Of a stretch of DNA of 27,531 nucleotides, positions 9,447-18,561 are shown one piece after another. Every line of letters begins with the position of its first letter. Within the stretch, counting starts at the first letter, position 1. The notes under the pieces are model-generated. The model had not been told where the DNA came from, searched no databases, and worked only from the letters and a program-made list of their open reading frames with translations. Source of the stretch: a virus (taxonomy: Duplodnaviria; Caudoviricetes); the IMG/VR virus record IMGVR_UViG_3300044676_006671, positions 1 to 27,531 of that record; one strand, given 5' to 3'. The position numbers and the translations under genes were made by a program.

Positions 9447-12400
9447 ATGAATCCAGAGGTAAAAGAATTACAAAAAGAACTTGCTGTTTTGAAAGCCCTA
9501 AAACAGAAGCGAGATGCCGAAAAACAAAGACAAGTTGTTTCTGCGGCAGAGCCTTCTTTGTTTCAAGAATTTAGAGACTACCTAATAGAGCGTCCCTACA
9601 CTGGTCTGAATGTCGCTTTAGGTCTTACAAAGGGATATACTGAAACGGCAGATCTACCCTCAACTGTAGCCACACTTACAGGAGCAGTTGAGCCTGATAC
9701 TCTTCCTCGTTTTACTACTCCAGTTGAGTCTTTATCTGAAGCATTGTTAGGAGAGAAGCAACAGCTAGGCACTCAAGAACTAGCTAGTTATTTTTCTCCT
9801 TTTGGCCTTCGCAAATTAGGAACGCAAGCTCTTAGTGGGTTAGGGGCGTATGTGGGGGCTAAATCGGCTGAAAAGCTTGCGCCAGAAAATTTGACAGCAA
9901 GGATCCTTGCGCCCTTATTTGGAGCAACAGCGCCAACGCTTACAAGAATACCTGGCGCAGTGACAAGAAAAGCTTTGACAAAAGGAGAGCCTCTTACCGA
10001 TGCGTTAAACATAGAGCGACAAGCACAAAAAGAAGTAGCAAGAGAGTTAACGCTCGAAGAAGCACAAAGACTAGCGGCAGCACAAGAGGCAGGCACAATT
10101 ATGTCTACTGTGCCCTATCCGAAGACTCTTGCAGAAGTCGTACAAAGTCCTGATGTTGCTCTTTATCAAGATGTAATCAGAGGCAAGGAAGGTGGTGCGC
10201 CAATTTTAGAGGCTATGGAAGCTAGAAAGAAAGCGCTTACTGGCGAACTGGAAGAGATAGCGCCAGATTCAAAAGTAGGCGAACTAAGAGACGAAGTGTT
10301 AGCGGTAGCAGAACAAGAACAACAGGCGCAAGCTGCAATACGAGGAAAGTTAATAGATCAAATTGAGGGATTAGAAGCTGGAACGAAGCGTGAGGCAGGT
10401 GCTGCACTGCAAGGTGGTTTAGTTGAACGTAAAGCAGAAGCAAAAGCTGCTTTAGATGCAAAATGGGAGAGTGTTCCTAAAAACTTAGAAATAGATGTGA
10501 CCGAAGAAATCGAACCTATTTTTAAGTGGTGGAGGGATCAAAATCCAATAAGGAGACGCAGGGCAAAAGCGGTTGGCTCAGTAATTAACGATCTCAAACG
10601 AACAGCTACCGATCTTAAAAACCCAGAATACATAATGACGTATGATACCTTTCAAGCAATTAGGGAAGGTGTAAATGATATTATTGCTAATCAAAGCGCT
10701 CCGGCAAGCACAAGACGTTACGCAAGAATACTCAAAAATAAAATGGATCAAGCAATTGGATCAATTGATCCAAAAGCAGACGAGTTACTAGATTTAGGCT
10801 TTTCAACAAATGATGTAACTGCGTTGTACGATGCAATTAAAGAAACACGAGCCTTTCACCAGAAATTTAGTGAAGGGTTGACTGGAAATCTTACCTCAGA
10901 ACGTTTAGGTGAACTTAAAACAAAAGCAAGCAATGTTATACAATTAGCACTTAAAAACCCTGAAAACGTCGCAGAGGTAATGACTAAATTTGGACGAACC
11001 GCTGATGAATCATTGATACTGCGGCAAGAATTGATGAAACGGTTAACGGACGCTAAAAACCCTAGTGTGTATCTAAACAAAAATGTAGACCTATACAAAC
11101 AAGCGTTTGATGTTGATTTTGATGCTATAAATAATTATGCCAAGTTAAAACAAGCTGGCAGTCCGTTAGATGCTTACACAAAAGGCGTTGTTTCAGATGC
11201 CAGCATAGCCAATAAGATATTTAGATCGGAAAAAGAAACAGCGAAGTTTGTTAAAGATTTTGAAGGCAGCGCTGCTGTTCCTTTAGCGAAAGGCAAGTTA
11301 ATTGATCTTGTAACAAAGCGAGGAGATGCTGCGAAGCGATTAAGCGATTATGAAAATGTTGGATCGTCACTGTTTAAGGAAGATTGGGAATTAGTAAAAA
11401 ACGTTATTCAAGACTTAGAAGGCGTTAAAAGTCCGAGCAGGTTATTTAAGAAAAAAACAGCCGGAGAATCAGGAACACAACCCCGTCAAGTTAAAGAGAA
11501 AGCAATTGCAGGGGGGAGAAGAATCTACAGATGGGCAGACAAGGCTCCAGCGCTAGGTGCTGCGTTAGGTGCTTTTATGTCTAAACCTTTTGGTGTTACG
11601 GGAGCGCTAGCAGGAACCGCTATTGGTGCAAAAGCTGGAGAGTTTGTTAAGGGCCGCTTCGGTAACAGAGAACAAAGACTAAATAAAGCGGTTGCCTCCT
11701 TGCTAGCAGATCCAAGAATGATCGAAATCGGCAAGAAAGAAGCAACTGCCGAAAATGTTAAAGTTCTTGATGATTTTCTTACGCAAATTGCTTTCGGTGG
11801 AAGGGGGGCAGCCATTTCTGCAAACACAGAGGCAATTGAAACTGAAGCTAGCGAAGCGACACAGCCAAAAGTTAAAAGTCCAGAATTGGAAACTTTACAG
11901 AGTGAGCTAGCTTTCCTAAAAAAACTTAAAGAGCAAAGAAACAGGGAAGCAAGCCAGTCACAAAGTAAGGCAGCTACACCTACGGCCACTGCTACACCAA
12001 CCGAAACAAGCATTGCAACAAATACACCTACAGCTACACCTACAGCCACTACTACACCAACCGAAACAAGCGTTGCAATCGAAACAGCCACAGCAACGCC
12101 TACGGCCACTGCTACACCAACCGAAACAAGCATTGCAACAAATACAGCCACAGCTACGCCTACAGTCGAGCCGACTAAAACTATTCCTGCTACCCCAACA
12201 ATAACAGCAAAAGGCGTGTCTTATAATATTCCAGTGGGCGATAAATATCCTGACCCAGAGCTGGTCAAAGCTGTAGTAGCGGTAGAATCTAACAATAATC
12301 CAAAAGCAAAGAGCAAAGTGGGTGCAACTGGATTTATGCAGTTGATGCCAGCTACAGCTAAAGAGTTAAAAGTGGATATTAACGATCCACAGGAAAACAT

Positions 12401-12626
12401 CGAAGGCGGTTCACGATACCTACAAAAGTTGATAAACCGTTTTGATAGTGTAGAACTCGCTTTAGCAGCCTATAATTGGGGGCAAGGAAACATAGCTAAC
12501 GCTCTCAGAAAGCTAAAGGGCGAAGGCAGGGAGCCTACATGGGAAAACATAAAACGATTTAATCCGAGATTGCCTAAAGAAACTAGGCTATATGTTGGTA
12601 AGGTATTAAGAAAATTAGGGGCATAA
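9447..12626 (+). CDS. Large ejection protein with a C-terminal SLT lytic transglycosylase
   Basis: 1059 aa; C-terminal AVES..NP.A.S.VGA.G.MQLMP.TA and AAYNWG SLT motifs; glycine-zipper segments; Thr/Pro linker. Confidence 0.85.
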   Translation: MNPEVKELQKELAVLKALKQKRDAEKQRQVVSAAEPSLFQEFRDYLIERPYTGLNVALGLTKGYTETADLPSTVATLTGAVEPDTLPRFTTPVESLSEALLGEKQQLGTQELASYFSPFGLRKLGTQALSGLGAYVGAKSAEKLAPENLTARILAPLFGATAPTLTRIPGAVTRKALTKGEPLTDALNIERQAQKEVARELTLEEAQRLAAAQEAGTIMSTVPYPKTLAEVVQSPDVALYQDVIRGKEGGAPILEAMEARKKALTGELEEIAPDSKVGELRDEVLAVAEQEQQAQAAIRGKLIDQIEGLEAGTKREAGAALQGGLVERKAEAKAALDAKWESVPKNLEIDVTEEIEPIFKWWRDQNPIRRRRAKAVGSVINDLKRTATDLKNPEYIMTYDTFQAIREGVNDIIANQSAPASTRRYARILKNKMDQAIGSIDPKADELLDLGFSTNDVTALYDAIKETRAFHQKFSEGLTGNLTSERLGELKTKASNVIQLALKNPENVAEVMTKFGRTADESLILRQELMKRLTDAKNPSVYLNKNVDLYKQAFDVDFDAINNYAKLKQAGSPLDAYTKGVVSDASIANKIFRSEKETAKFVKDFEGSAAVPLAKGKLIDLVTKRGDAAKRLSDYENVGSSLFKEDWELVKNVIQDLEGVKSPSRLFKKKTAGESGTQPRQVKEKAIAGGRRIYRWADKAPALGAALGAFMSKPFGVTGALAGTAIGAKAGEFVKGRFGNREQRLNKAVASLLADPRMIEIGKKEATAENVKVLDDFLTQIAFGGRGAAISANTEAIETEASEATQPKVKSPELETLQSELAFLKKLKEQRNREASQSQSKAATPTATATPTETSIATNTPTATPTATTTPTETSVAIETATATPTATATPTETSIATNTATATPTVEPTKTIPATPTITAKGVSYNIPVGDKYPDPELVKAVVAVESNNNPKAKSKVGATGFMQLMPATAKELKVDINDPQENIEGGSRYLQKLINRFDSVELALAAYNWGQGNIANALRKLKGEGREPTWENIKRFNPRLPKETRLYVGKVLRKLGA
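11971..12165 (+). repeat. 60-bp tandem repeat (~3.25 copies) encoding a Thr/Pro/Ala linker
   Basis: Units start at 11971, 12031, 12091 and 12151 (CAGCTACACCTACGGCCACT...), encoding ~[20 protein letters not shown]. Confidence 0.95.
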
Positions 12627-12627
12627 T

Positions 12628-13608
12628 ATGGGATGGTCAGGTGGAACCTATACTAAGGGAAACAATGCAACAGGTGGATGGGCCGGTGATGCTAGTCTAG
12701 GTATCGGTATAGAAGCTGGTCGTCACGATACACAGGACGATGACTTTACTGGCGGTATAAACAATTGCATTGCAAAAGATGGTCAGAACACGCCTACTGC
12801 TAATTTACCGATGGGTGGATACAAGCATACAGGTGTAGCTAACGCTAGTAGCAACGATGAGTATACGAGCCAAGGACAGCTACAGGACGGAAGTTTTAGA
12901 CCCAAGTTTTTGAATCCTCAGTACGTTGGCAGCATAACATTTTTTAATCAGACTAATTGCTACAATGGCGGCACAGCAAATGTTGAGCAGTTAAACGTAA
13001 GTAGATCGTCAACTGTCGGCGTTGATACTGCAATGCAAGCAGGCGATGTGCTTTATCGTCACGACATTCAAAGTTATACCGGAACAGGCTACGCTCGATC
13101 CGTTCAGGTTTCAGCAACGTGCCCAGTCAATCCGACTGGAGGGGCTGCTTTTGCACCTGGCTCTTACAATATCTCAGTGGGCAACTCTACAGGATCGGCT
13201 TTAGTTTCAGCGCTAACCATTAACTCAAGCGGTTGGATTTATGCGCCTGAAGTGTATTCAAATACAACAGGTAATGCCGCAAATGTTTATGTGCATACTA
13301 CAGGATTACTGCAACGCTCTACATCGTCGTTGCGATACAAAGAAAACATTGAGCCGTTAGCGTATGGCTTAAATGAAGTGCAAAAGATTAAGCCTGTAAC
13401 TTTCACAAGTAAGGGTGACGATTCTGGGCTTAGATTTGCAGGACTAATTGCTGAAGACTTAGATGAGCAGGGCCTAAAAGAATACGTTTCATACGATGAC
13501 AATGGCCAGCCTGACGCTATACATTACGGGAACCTTGTGACATTAGCATTCAAAGCCATTCAAGAGCTGGAAGCCAAAGTAGCATCACTTGAGGCGCAGC
13601 TTGCATGA
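12628..13608 (+). CDS. Tail fibre with a C-terminal intramolecular chaperone (peptidase S74)
   Basis: SSLRYKENI cleavage-type motif, GLIAEDL and AIQELEAKV coiled coil; N-terminal KDGQ.TPTANLPMGG tail-attachment motif. Confidence 0.85.
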   Translation: MGWSGGTYTKGNNATGGWAGDASLGIGIEAGRHDTQDDDFTGGINNCIAKDGQNTPTANLPMGGYKHTGVANASSNDEYTSQGQLQDGSFRPKFLNPQYVGSITFFNQTNCYNGGTANVEQLNVSRSSTVGVDTAMQAGDVLYRHDIQSYTGTGYARSVQVSATCPVNPTGGAAFAPGSYNISVGNSTGSALVSALTINSSGWIYAPEVYSNTTGNAANVYVHTTGLLQRSTSSLRYKENIEPLAYGLNEVQKIKPVTFTSKGDDSGLRFAGLIAEDLDEQGLKEYVSYDDNGQPDAIHYGNLVTLAFKAIQELEAKVASLEAQLA

Positions 13609-14021
13609 AATATCTTCGCTTGGTGAGAGTTACGGAACATAACGGAGCAACTCTGGGTGTGCTGACTATTGACGGCATGGCTGAAGTGTTGACGTTAGAG
13701 GATCCGTGGCATCTCAACGAGCGAAACATTAGCTGTATCCCAGAGGGGCGTTACAAGATAAAACCGAACAACAGCCCTAAGTTTGGGAAAACTTACATAC
13801 TTGAGGATGTACCAGAGAGAAGTTACATTTTAATCCATCCTGGCAACACACCTAAAGATACTCACGGTTGTATCCTGGTGGGATTACAGTACGGTGAGTT
13901 AAATGACATGCCAGCAGTTTTAGCGAGTCGTAGTGCTTTTGGTAAGTTTATGGAGCTTATGGCAGGCGATGAAGGAGAAATTGTAATTATAAACGCCTAC
14001 GGTGGTGGGAGGGTGCATTGA
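13605..14021 (+). CDS. DUF5675-family protein, endolysin candidate
   Basis: T.G.L...TLE.PW..N....SCIP.G.Y and VP.RS.ILIH.GN...DT.GCILVG motifs; next to holin-like genes. Confidence 0.8.
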   Translation: MKYLRLVRVTEHNGATLGVLTIDGMAEVLTLEDPWHLNERNISCIPEGRYKIKPNNSPKFGKTYILEDVPERSYILIHPGNTPKDTHGCILVGLQYGELNDMPAVLASRSAFGKFMELMAGDEGEIVIINAYGGGRVH

Positions 14022-14260
14022 CTGAGGGCGATTTTACACAAGTTAAGTATTGGTTTGACCTTGCTATCAAGGCAATTATTGGTGTTGTCGTGAGCCTTAT
14101 TGGGCTAGACTATCGAGCAGTGAAGACAGATTTAGTTGAGTTGGAAACAGCTAGATACCACATGACAACTGAAGTTGAGATTCTCAAAAACGAGCTAAAC
14201 CACATTAAACGCAGCCTGGATAAAATTGATGATAAATTGGGTAAAGCTATTAACCGTTAG
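14018..14260 (+). CDS. Holin-like membrane protein (1 TM plus coiled coil)
   Basis: TM segment LAIKAIIGVVVSLIGL followed by a coiled coil; TTG start overlaps the lysin stop. Confidence 0.55.
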   Translation: MTEGDFTQVKYWFDLAIKAIIGVVVSLIGLDYRAVKTDLVELETARYHMTTEVEILKNELNHIKRSLDKIDDKLGKAINR

Positions 14261-15053
14261 TCTGCTCTTTGTTTCCTCTGCCTCTGCTACCCCTAGCTAC
14301 TTAGCCCTTTGTCATAAAAACTGGAATTGCGAAGAAACGTTTTCCACCTTTAAGCACACCATAAAAACAGGCTGGTTAGACAATACTTTTGGCACTAAAT
14401 GTAGCTGCGTTAGCAAGCTGCTAAACGACCCTAGAGATAAAGTATTTAGGGTACATATCATGAACAGCCCTTGCATGAGAAACCGTCGGTGTGGGCGATA
14501 TGAGCTGTTACACGGCGAGACTGCTTTTAGTGCTAGTAAAAAGATAAACAGGGGTAACAGAAAGTTTTTGAATAGATACAAAAGGCGAGTAAAAATATTA
14601 GGCAGGCGCATTGCTAAAGCTAAGGGCAATGTAAAGCTATATGTCAGTCCGTGTCTTGAGTGTGATATTCGTGGGAAAGCTAGAAAGCGTTTGTTGGCTA
14701 TTACTGCTTCTCTCTTACCTACTGCTATTCTGGTGGACAATCCCTATCGGCAGCGTTGTATTAAAGGTGTAGTTTGTGAGAAGCATGGAATTAGTCCAAG
14801 GTTATCAACACCTTGCATTGTTGATTTAGACGGTGTTGACGGTGATGTTGTCGATGTAAAAAGCTGGTTGCGTAACTATAGCCATTGTGAGTTACAATAC
14901 TATTGGAATTACGGAATGAACTGTATTTCAGGAGGGTTTGTCGATCCTAGACTACGAAGCTGTGCGCTAGGTCGGCAATACTTCTTTAATTTAAGGAAAA
15001 CACTATGCCAGTATTTTGGGGATCTATCGTCCGACATTTGCTCACCGCTGTAG
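14226..15053 (+). CDS. Secreted Cys-rich basic protein of unknown function
   Basis: Signal peptide ending SASA, about 16 Cys, Lys/Arg-rich. Confidence 0.65.
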   Translation: MMINWVKLLTVSLLFVSSASATPSYLALCHKNWNCEETFSTFKHTIKTGWLDNTFGTKCSCVSKLLNDPRDKVFRVHIMNSPCMRNRRCGRYELLHGETAFSASKKINRGNRKFLNRYKRRVKILGRRIAKAKGNVKLYVSPCLECDIRGKARKRLLAITASLLPTAILVDNPYRQRCIKGVVCEKHGISPRLSTPCIVDLDGVDGDVVDVKSWLRNYSHCELQYYWNYGMNCISGGFVDPRLRSCALGRQYFFNLRKTLCQYFGDLSSDICSPL

Positions 15054-15190
15054 CAGGTGCTTTAGTTGGCGTGGGAGTTGCAGAGCCAGCAGCAACCGAC
15101 TTTGTTAATGCTGCTGAGCCAGTAGTTGGTGGCATTTTGCTTTATGCCATTGGTCAAGTTTGGTCTATCTTTGACAAGACTAAAAAGTAG
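15005..15190 (+). CDS. Putative holin (Pam3-gp28-like, 2 TM)
   Basis: S.VRH.LT...G.LV..G and WS..DK pattern; AAGGA RBS. Confidence 0.65.
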   Translation: MPVFWGSIVRHLLTAVAGALVGVGVAEPAATDFVNAAEPVVGGILLYAIGQVWSIFDKTKK

Positions 15191-15524
15191 TCCTGCCTAC
15201 TCTCCGACGAGTTATCTTGTTGGAAGCATAATTTTGTAACTGTTCTTTAGTTAGTTGTAATAAATGCTTTCTAACCTTCTCTGCAAAACCTGTGTCACCG
15301 TAGAGCATAATCGAGATCCAGTTTAGATTATGCGGCTTGTTCTCGTCGGAAAATAAAAACCAATTACAGTTATGTGCATATGGCTCTTGCTTCTTTGTTT
15401 TGCCTGTGCGCTTTTCTTCTATTGCGTCTATGTAATCGTACACCGCACGATTGACAACCGCCAACCAGAGAAGAAACTCAGGTTGCTTCCGGTTGCTTTG
15501 ATACATCTGTATTATTTCGACCAT
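15180..15524 (-). CDS. Hypothetical protein (likely start 15524)
   Basis: GGAGG upstream of the ATG at 15524; last gene of the leftward arm. Confidence 0.55.
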   Translation of the reverse strand: MVEIIQMYQSNRKQPEFLLWLAVVNRAVYDYIDAIEEKRTGKTKKQEPYAHNCNWFLFSDENKPHNLNWISIMLYGDTGFAEKVRKHLLQLTKEQLQNYASNKITRRRVGRTTF

Positions 15525-15820
15525 TCTAACCAATCCTCCAAGTACATAGTAACCATCCAAGGTTTTGCATTTCGCCTATGTACCACGATTGGCGTTTTGT
15601 CTTTGCAATCTCTTAAACTTTGCGACATTGCTTGATCAATGTTTAACCTTTCTACTCGCTTAACCTCTATATGAAAGTCGGATAACTCTTCACATACAAC
15701 ATCGGAGTCACCTGCTTTACCACAAAACTGCTGTGTTCTTCTTGCTGTGTAACCGTATTCTTTTAGCTTGTTAGCTAACTCTCTTTCCCCTGCTGCTCCC
15801 TTAGCTCGGCTATTTGTCAC
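15512..15820 (-). CDS. Holliday junction resolvase-like PD-(D/E)XK nuclease
   Basis: NSRAKGAAGERE, SDV and HIEVKR motifs of the Hjc-like phage family. Confidence 0.8.
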   Translation of the reverse strand: MTNSRAKGAAGERELANKLKEYGYTARRTQQFCGKAGDSDVVCEELSDFHIEVKRVERLNIDQAMSQSLRDCKDKTPIVVHRRNAKPWMVTMYLEDWLEWSK

Positions 15821-16040
15821 TTAGTAAGTCCTCTCCTTCTGGCTTAAAAACTAATGGTACACCTCGATATATTACATAATAGTAACCATCTCTTTCGCCC
15901 TCAAAGCGGTATGGAAAGTTTTTTAGTTCTTCGATAGCACAACGAAAAGTTTGTTTGTTTAATGGTAGTGCCGTAGGAGCTTCTCCATTGACCGTAAGCT
16001 GATTAAGGCGTTTATCTATTAAGTTTAGGATATTTGTCAT
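15810..16040 (-). CDS. Hypothetical protein
   Basis: Coupled to both neighbours; 76 aa. Confidence 0.55.
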   Translation of the reverse strand: MTNILNLIDKRLNQLTVNGEAPTALPLNKQTFRCAIEELKNFPYRFEGERDGYYYVIYRGVPLVFKPEGEDLLSDK

Positions 16041-16303
16041 TACCAGTTTCTACAGCTCCAATATCTAGCCTTAGTCTTAGGTCCAGGGCTATCGCATTTA
16101 TGCCTAGCTCTAAAACTCCTTCTTCTAGCTGGCTCGTTCTTGCGTATTTTCATGTTAGGATCCCCAAAGCGAACCTTTACTACATTCCCTTTTTCGTTTT
16201 TAACGTGTACTGCAAACTTCTTTGATTCGCCTGGTGTCCGATACGGCTTATTCAACCGAACGTTTTTCTCTAGCGATTTTCTAAGTGCTGATTCTTTTGG
16301 CAT
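16040..16303 (-). CDS. Small basic conserved phage protein (DUF6321-like)
   Basis: KKFAV...VRFGDPNM.I....P.RR.SFRARH.C...ARYWSC motif. Confidence 0.7.
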   Translation of the reverse strand: MPKESALRKSLEKNVRLNKPYRTPGESKKFAVHVKNEKGNVVKVRFGDPNMKIRKNEPARRRSFRARHKCDSPGPKTKARYWSCRNW

Positions 16304-16908
16304 TAGTAATAAACCTTATCTGTGTTTGCTACTGACCATCTCTCGCAAGTCTCTGCTGTATGGACTCCCTCCATTGTAGTGTATCCCTTGGTTTTTGCGC
16401 TAGGGCTATTTCCGATATAGTAGGCATCCTTAAAAGCGATCCTATTGGTCGGCAGAGCGCAAACTTGCCCGTTAGCAAGCAAGCAGACATGGGCACACTT
16501 GTTTTGTTCAGGTTCGAGCAAGACACCTGACTCAGTGTGAGAATCAGGCAACCAGTCCACCGTAAACCAGTAGGAAGCTGACATTTCTGTTTTGTCTTTG
16601 AGGATTGCATTGCACTCGTAGTCTCGCAGAAAGTCAAAGACCGTAACAGTGGGTTTATCCGAGAAGCAGTCCCAGAGTTGTAGCATTTCTAACTCTAATT
16701 CTGTATCGTCATTGGGTGTATTGTGCCAGAGGTAGTGTAGAGGTATTTGCCTAAAGTGCGCTCCAGACTGCATCAGAACGTGGAACTGTAAGCATCTACC
16801 TCTAAACGACTGCACAGCAAAAGCATAGCCCTCTTCTACTCCGTCTGACTGATCGGTTATGTAGGGACTAAATATCTGTATTTTAAGTGGGGGAATGTTT
16901 GCGTTCAT
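16303..16908 (-). CDS. Conserved hypothetical phage protein
   Basis: NANIP...GR...FH...GA...LQLWDCFS...Y.FTVDW...KCAH...ALP.NRI motifs seen in aquatic phages; coupled at both ends. Confidence 0.7.
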   Translation of the reverse strand: MNANIPPLKIQIFSPYITDQSDGVEEGYAFAVQSFRGRCLQFHVLMQSGAHFRQIPLHYLWHNTPNDDTELELEMLQLWDCFSDKPTVTVFDFLRDYECNAILKDKTEMSASYWFTVDWLPDSHTESGVLLEPEQNKCAHVCLLANGQVCALPTNRIAFKDAYYIGNSPSAKTKGYTTMEGVHTAETCERWSVANTDKVYY

Positions 16909-17145
16909 TTATCTGCCATGCTTAGACCAAGACTCAAAGCAAGGCCCAAACCTAGACCTATACTTAAAACAATAACAAGAAATAGACTTAGCCCTCGACC
17001 TCGACCTCGACCGAGACCAAGCTCTGGACTGAGACCAAGCCCTAAATCTAGACCCAGGCCAAGAACGAGACCAAGGTAAAGACATAGATCTGGATCTAGA
17101 TCTAGATCTAGACCTAAACGAATGGAACGGTGATATCTTGATCAT
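16909..17145 (-). CDS. Ser/Arg/Trp-repeat small protein, paralogue 2
   Basis: 78 aa with (RS)n and SW repeats; its TAA abuts the next ATG and its ATG abuts the upstream TAA. Confidence 0.6.
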   Translation of the reverse strand: MIKISPFHSFRSRSRSRSRSMSLPWSRSWPGSRFRAWSQSRAWSRSRSRSRAKSISCYCFKYRSRFGPCFESWSKHGR

Positions 17146-17350
17146 TTATCTGCCATGCCCAGATCAAGACCTAGACCAAAACCCAGACCCAGACCGAGAC
17201 ATAGACCTAGATCTAGACCAAGACCTAGACCTAGATCTAGACCAAAACCCAGATCTAGACCAAGACCAAGACCTAGACCAAGACCAAAACCCAGATCTAG
17301 ACCAAGACCAAGACCTAGACCAAGACCTAGACCAAGACCAAGACCTAGAC
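16985..17350. repeat. Degenerate hexamer arrays (AGACCW/AGATCT) within a ~235-bp tandem duplication
   Basis: Junction CATTTATCTGCCATGC occurs at 16906 and 17143; ACGAATGGAWCGGTGMTATCTTGATCA occurs at both gene starts. Confidence 0.9.
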
Positions 17351-17376
17351 GAATGGATCGGTGCTATCTTGATCAC
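17164..17376 (-). CDS. Ser/Arg/Trp-repeat small protein, paralogue 1
   Basis: GTG start overlaps the stop of the upstream gene; N-terminus MIKIAPIHS matches paralogue 2 (MIKISPFHS). Confidence 0.6.
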   Translation of the reverse strand: MIKIAPIHSSRSWSWSRSWSRSWSWSRSGFWSWSRSWSWSRSGFWSRSRSRSWSRSRSMSRSGSGFWSRS

Positions 17377-17708
17377 TTAGTTTCTCTCGGCAGATCGTGT
17401 TTCCAGAAATATGCGTCAACAATCGAATCGGTATTTACAACTACGTCAACGGTTACAGCTTCCACCTCGTCAAGCGATCCTCTTTCGATGCATTCTCCGA
17501 ACCGCCCAGTATCAGCGATCCAAGCAGCATCTTCGAGTACCAAAAACTTACCTTTTATTGCTTTTACTCGACCTGTTACAGCAAAGGTAACAGTCCTAAT
17601 TAGCCATTTCTGATTTACTACAAACGGCAATTCTACAGCAGAGCTATTAAACAACTCTTTTATAGAACTACCGACCAACTTTTCTATGTCTTTCTCATTT
17701 ATTTCCAT
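17373..17708 (-). CDS. Putative Sm/LSm-like (SH3-barrel) protein
   Basis: WLIRTVTFAVTGRVKAIKGKFLVLEDAAWI fits the Sm1 beta pattern and VVVNTDSIVD fits Sm2; AAGGAG RBS. Confidence 0.5.
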   Translation of the reverse strand: MEINEKDIEKLVGSSIKELFNSSAVELPFVVNQKWLIRTVTFAVTGRVKAIKGKFLVLEDAAWIADTGRFGECIERGSLDEVEAVTVDVVVNTDSIVDAYFWKHDLPRETK

Positions 17709-17845
17709 TGTTTCTCCTTTATTTCGTCCATTTGTTTATCCCAAAACTCTTGAGCTTCTTTTAGCCCTTCCTCCAGCTCTGTCACATCACAATTAGCTAG
17801 AAAGTCGGTCAACCTGTCTACAAAGTTTTGTATGTCGTCAGTCAC
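17699..17845 (-). CDS. Small acidic hypothetical protein (48 aa from GTG 17845)
   Basis: GTGA overlap with the upstream stop and an AAGGA RBS; the longer ORF-track start would overlap the upstream gene heavily. Confidence 0.5.
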   Translation of the reverse strand: MTDDIQNFVDRLTDFLANCDVTELEEGLKEAQEFWDKQMDEIKEKQWK

Positions 17846-18063
17846 GGCTTCCTTGTATGAGAAATTGATTTTGTTGCAAACATTAACGCTTCCTCTAATT
17901 TCGTAAGCACTATTGCCTTGTAGCGTGGATCTAAACAAAACTCTTCAACAGCAATTTCAAGAAATGAAAACTTATGCCGTAACAGCTCTATATGAATCAG
18001 TTTATCTGCGTCTAATGGTTGACTGCTAAAACGATACGATATTTTTGGTGCTTCATTTTCCAT
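17842..18063 (-). CDS. Acb2/Tad1-like helical hairpin protein (putative anti-defence sponge)
   Basis: RF...R....C..R.KAIVLTKLEEALMFATKSI resembles the R..S.A.TKLEEA.MWA..AI signature. Confidence 0.55.
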   Translation of the reverse strand: MENEAPKISYRFSSQPLDADKLIHIELLRHKFSFLEIAVEEFCLDPRYKAIVLTKLEEALMFATKSISHTRKP

Positions 18064-18064
18064 T

Positions 18065-18544
18065 TTACTTTACCCCCATATTTAATTTACTAACCAATGT
18101 AACACCCTCAACCTCTGCGCCAGCTTTTAAGTCGTCTAGTAGTAGCTTCTTATTAGGCTCTACAGTCACTTTTGTTCGCTGATATGCTTCTGGTAGATCT
18201 TCTGCCTCTACCGTCACATCCACCGATTGTGAGGCTCTCCAGGTTATTTTATGTCGACTAGACTCGTAAGCCTCTCGCTCATCCATCTGCCCCTGAAGAT
18301 ACCCTAGCAAGCTTTCTGCTCTCTTCTCATAGCTTTTAGACCTGTCAGCTAAGGTTTTAGCTTCTGCTTTGATGCCTTGAGCCATAAAGCGCAAATGCTT
18401 AACGTAGCTAAGAACAGCCTCGATCTTATCTTTACGCTCTAAAGCTAATGCTTGCCAAGTGTCGGCTAAGGTTTGCTCGTCAAGTTCTTCTGATAGCTCC
18501 TCTAGTGCTAACAGCTCTTTGTTTAATTCATATAGTGTTGTCAT
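18065..18544 (-). CDS. Siphovirus Gp157-family protein
   Basis: MTTLYEL..., coiled coil, I.WR.S.SV.V...LP..Y...PNKK.L...LKAG.EV.GV.L pattern. Confidence 0.85.
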   Translation of the reverse strand: MTTLYELNKELLALEELSEELDEQTLADTWQALALERKDKIEAVLSYVKHLRFMAQGIKAEAKTLADRSKSYEKRAESLLGYLQGQMDEREAYESSRHKITWRASQSVDVTVEAEDLPEAYQRTKVTVEPNKKLLLDDLKAGAEVEGVTLVSKLNMGVK

Positions 18545-18561
18545 GTGTTCTCCTTGTTTGC

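Noticed and set aside
11525-12151. 208-aa hydrophobic - strand ORF (VAVGV repeats)
   Set aside because: Antisense shadow of the Thr/Pro/Ala tandem repeat.
17164-17166. TGA recoding (genetic code 4 or 25)
   Set aside because: Many genes end in TGA with ATGA/GTGA overlaps (1591, 2644, 13608, 17842, 22336), and long genes are intact in code 11.
16906-17376. Duplicated RS genes as a DGR template/variable repeat pair
   Set aside because: There is no reverse transcriptase in the window, and the differences are not adenine-specific.
17138-17613. + strand ORFs encoding (DQDL)n and (RP)n
   Set aside because: These are antisense shadows of the hexamer array. The - strand reading has coupled starts and stops and duplicated N- and C-termini matching the operon direction.
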